IMG/VR virus record: IMGVR_UViG_3300028888_000001
Direction: 5' to 3' (one strand)
Length of the DNA stretch: 64,000 bases
From: a virus
Taxonomy: Duplodnaviria; Caudoviricetes
This document shows positions 61,337 to 64,000 of this stretch, piece by piece. Numbering within the stretch: the stretch's first letter is position 1; each line of letters starts with the position of its first letter. The notes under the pieces were generated by a model. That model was not told where the DNA came from and made no database searches. It worked only from the letters and a program-made list of their open reading frames with translations. The translations under genes and the position numbers were made by a program.

Positions 61337-61627
61337 ATGATGTGTAAAATCAAAATTGAATCTTCATCTATAAACGGCTGGGTAGATGAAGAGAGTCTAG
61401 AGCTGTTACCAGTCGATAGCAACGCAACTTTGTTCTTCTCTAAAGGGGAGGCTGAAAGATTTTTAGCTATGACGAAAAACAAAGCTGCAGAATATAATAA
61501 ACGTGTATCTGCTATTGAGAACGATAATAGCAGAAGTATTGTTGCTTCATTTGTCAAAGCATCGGTTAGCGGTAATCTTATCGACGCACTGATGAGTGGA
61601 GCATCAGTCCACTATATTTGCGTATAA
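61337..61627 (+). CDS. Small early protein
   Basis: Promoter 61255-61265, terminator ~61631-61661. Confidence 0.65.
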   Translation: MMCKIKIESSSINGWVDEESLELLPVDSNATLFFSKGEAERFLAMTKNKAAEYNKRVSAIENDNSRSIVASFVKASVSGNLIDALMSGASVHYICV

Positions 61628-61752
61628 AAATAAGGGGGAGAGCTTATGCTCTCCCCTCTTTATTAACATTTAAATTTTTTTATCTTAAATTAGCCCTATC
61701 GAACATTTCATTAAATTTATAAAAAATATAAAAGAAAGGAGGATTATTATAG

Positions 61753-63063
61753 GTGGCTGGTAAATTCTTTAATACGACGACAGCTTATACTCAAATGGTT
61801 AATCAAGCTGCTCAGACTATGAAGGGATTAATGGATAATCCTTACTATCTTTTTACAGATAAAAAAGCATCTGAGTGCACTTACTATAATTTAAATACTA
61901 CAATGACTACATTAGATGAAGCTACCAGAGGTAATTACAGCGAGATATCTAATAGTAGCCCATTGAGATTTAATAAGATAAAGAATTTTCTTTTATATGG
62001 AGTCACTAAAATAGACATAAATCTTGAAGTTGCCGAGTTTGGTCTTGAAACTACAGATGTTACTGGAGAAGCTTTAGTTTTACCAAGAACTATAATACCA
62101 TATCCAGGAGATAGATTTATACTAACTCAAACAAAAGAAAATCTTTTATTTAGAGTAACCGCTGTAAATCCTAATACTCTGGATACTGGAGCTACTCTAT
62201 ACAGAATAAATTATGTGCTTGAATCTTCAGACGGAATCAAAAAAATTGACCCTCAGGTGGTCAAGATTTTTAATTTTGTTTTGGACAACACTGGTCTTGG
62301 TAGCAATGCCGCTGCTTCATTAATTGAAGAAGATCAATTTAATGATTTAAGCGATCTTCAAGATATGGCAACAGAGCTTAAAGATTTTTACATCTCGATG
62401 TTTTACGATACCAAAGTCCAATCATTCACATATCAACACAATCCATTTACTAAAGAATGGGAAGATATGAATGGTGGTCAGCATCATTTACATCTAGCAA
62501 ATATGCATAAAGTAGACTGTAGAAACCCATTAGGTTTTAAAGTTTACGACCCGTATCTGATTGAATTCATGATTCGCAATAAGATATTAACCGGAGCCAC
62601 AGATTATATCTATGTATCTCAACAAATGTTCTTACCATCTACATTTGCTATGGATTATAATAAAACTATTTTTGCTTCATTAGAAGATAGATTTATTAAT
62701 AAACACTATGGCAGATCAGTTGGTAATTTATTATATTGTGACCAGCAATTGTCTTTGCTTTATGCTTATCCGTTGGATTATTATTATATGACGTATCATA
62801 ATCTAGATGCTAGATTCTATTATATTTCTATATTTGATGATCCTGACTTTAAGAATAAAATTATCGAGAATAAATACGATTCTACAGATAATTATCTTAA
62901 GCAAGTCATCATTAAATATTTTAATTCTGAGGATATAACTTCAGAAGATATAGAGCATCTTAAGCATGTAGATTATTTAGATAATAAAACGTTCTACTAT
63001 CAAATTCCAATGGTTATTTTCTGCATAGAACAACAGATAGCTGGGGCTATGAAGAAAGGGTAA
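61753..63063 (+). CDS. Probable virion structural (neck/tail-completion-like) protein
   Basis: Late-type promoter 61702-61714; IIPYPGDRF beta-barrel motif. Confidence 0.55.
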   Translation: MAGKFFNTTTAYTQMVNQAAQTMKGLMDNPYYLFTDKKASECTYYNLNTTMTTLDEATRGNYSEISNSSPLRFNKIKNFLLYGVTKIDINLEVAEFGLETTDVTGEALVLPRTIIPYPGDRFILTQTKENLLFRVTAVNPNTLDTGATLYRINYVLESSDGIKKIDPQVVKIFNFVLDNTGLGSNAAASLIEEDQFNDLSDLQDMATELKDFYISMFYDTKVQSFTYQHNPFTKEWEDMNGGQHHLHLANMHKVDCRNPLGFKVYDPYLIEFMIRNKILTGATDYIYVSQQMFLPSTFAMDYNKTIFASLEDRFINKHYGRSVGNLLYCDQQLSLLYAYPLDYYYMTYHNLDARFYYISIFDDPDFKNKIIENKYDSTDNYLKQVIIKYFNSEDITSEDIEHLKHVDYLDNKTFYYQIPMVIFCIEQQIAGAMKKG

Positions 63064-63197
63064 TAGTATAGACTTTTTTGAAGAGGAGGCTGTAAGAATT
63101 AATGAGTGGTTCTTAGACCCATTCAAAAAGAAAAAGCGAGTAAATAATAAAAAGATGATAAATCTACCAAAGAAAAAATTAATTGAAGGGAGTTACT

Positions 63198-63470
63198 ATG
63201 AGGCCTGAAGTAAATGTAGATAAGCTTAGAAGAATGAATACGAATAAAAATCGTACTGATGTAGAAAACGTTCTTCTTAAAGAAATGGTTGAATATGATT
63301 TAGGTGAGCTCTTACATGAAGCAGATGAATCTGGCATCGATGCTATCATTCCTGATAATGTGCAGGGCGATCATCTTTTTGGAGATGTGTCTAGTGATAA
63401 TACATTAGATTCTGCTTTTATAGATGACGACGATGATCTCTTAGGAGATTTTAATATGGTTGAAATATAA
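63198..63470 (+). CDS. Small acidic protein
   Basis: RBS aagggag. Confidence 0.6.
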   Translation: MRPEVNVDKLRRMNTNKNRTDVENVLLKEMVEYDLGELLHEADESGIDAIIPDNVQGDHLFGDVSSDNTLDSAFIDDDDDLLGDFNMVEI

Positions 63471-63488
63471 AATAGGAGGAAATATCCA

Positions 63489-64000
63489 ATGAGTGTTCTT
63501 TTAAATTTTGTTTTAGAAGATGCTATTGATGATATGGTAGATGATGTTATTGATAGCGGTGAAGTTGAAATCATAGACGACGAAGAGGATGGTATTTTTG
63601 CTCATCCGCAGATGCAAGAAGAAGAACCTGAAGAATATGAAGATCCATATATTCAGGATAATTATTCTGATGATGAAAATGAAGAAGACGAGTATGTCGA
63701 ATATCCAGTTCAAGCGACAGATGATGACAATGATTTAGATACCATCATAGATCAGCTCGATGGACAAATCGAAGGCGAAGATGATGATGAGTATGAAGAA
63801 GATGATAGTGATGATGAGGAAGATATTTTTGTTGAAGAATCAGCAAAAATTAATTCTGAGGGATCACTTTATACATTAGAAGATTCTTCATATGCATTTT
63901 ATGAATATGAGAAATTTATAAATGAGTCTTTTTTGCTGAATAATTCTATTCAAATCAGCGAGAGCGTTATCACTGAAGGCTTCTTAGAGACAGCTGTTAC
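63489..64000 (+). CDS. Acidic probable head protein, runs off the window end
   Basis: RBS aggagg; MSVLLNFVLEDA..., xxES/EG sites, no stop in the window. Confidence 0.7.
   Translation, partial: MSVLLNFVLEDAIDDMVDDVIDSGEVEIIDDEEDGIFAHPQMQEEEPEEYEDPYIQDNYSDDENEEDEYVEYPVQATDDDNDLDTIIDQLDGQIEGEDDDEYEEDDSDDEEDIFVEESAKINSEGSLYTLEDSSYAFYEYEKFINESFLLNNSIQISESVITEGFLETAV

Noticed and set aside
1-64000. tRNA or rRNA genes
   Set aside because: No cloverleaf or rRNA signature recognised by eye; tRNAscan-SE was not run

Overview
AT-rich segment of a jumbo myophage of the PBS1/AR9 (phiKZ-related) type, probably infecting a Firmicute. The host inference rests on strong GGAGG RBSs and on SH3b-3D, GDPD and SGNH proteins. 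It carries morphogenesis genes (portal, tail tube, sheath, terminase, neck, prohead protease, major capsid, acidic head proteins), a family-B DNA polymerase split into two distant genes, two split RNAP beta-prime fragments, a probable sigma-like nvRNAP subunit, a GroEL-like chaperonin, an SF2 helicase, primase, a DHH protein and the end of SbcC. Structure not explained by the ORF track: (1) three related ORF-less group I introns, two in terminase and one in the putative sigma-like subunit; (2) a ~430-nt ORF-free structured RNA with its own promoter and at least two perfect loop-loop (kissing) pairs behind the major capsid gene; (3) a tyrosine recombinase beside two back-to-back RBS-less enzyme cassettes (GDPD, SGNH) that begin with the same in-frame 14-bp site, suggesting a shufflon or inverton; (4) two phage promoter classes, RAC(A/T)-N6-TAA and T(A/G)TATATTATA; (5) a duplicated, covarying 5' leader on two small early genes. 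All protein calls come from motif recognition by eye; no database search or folding was run.
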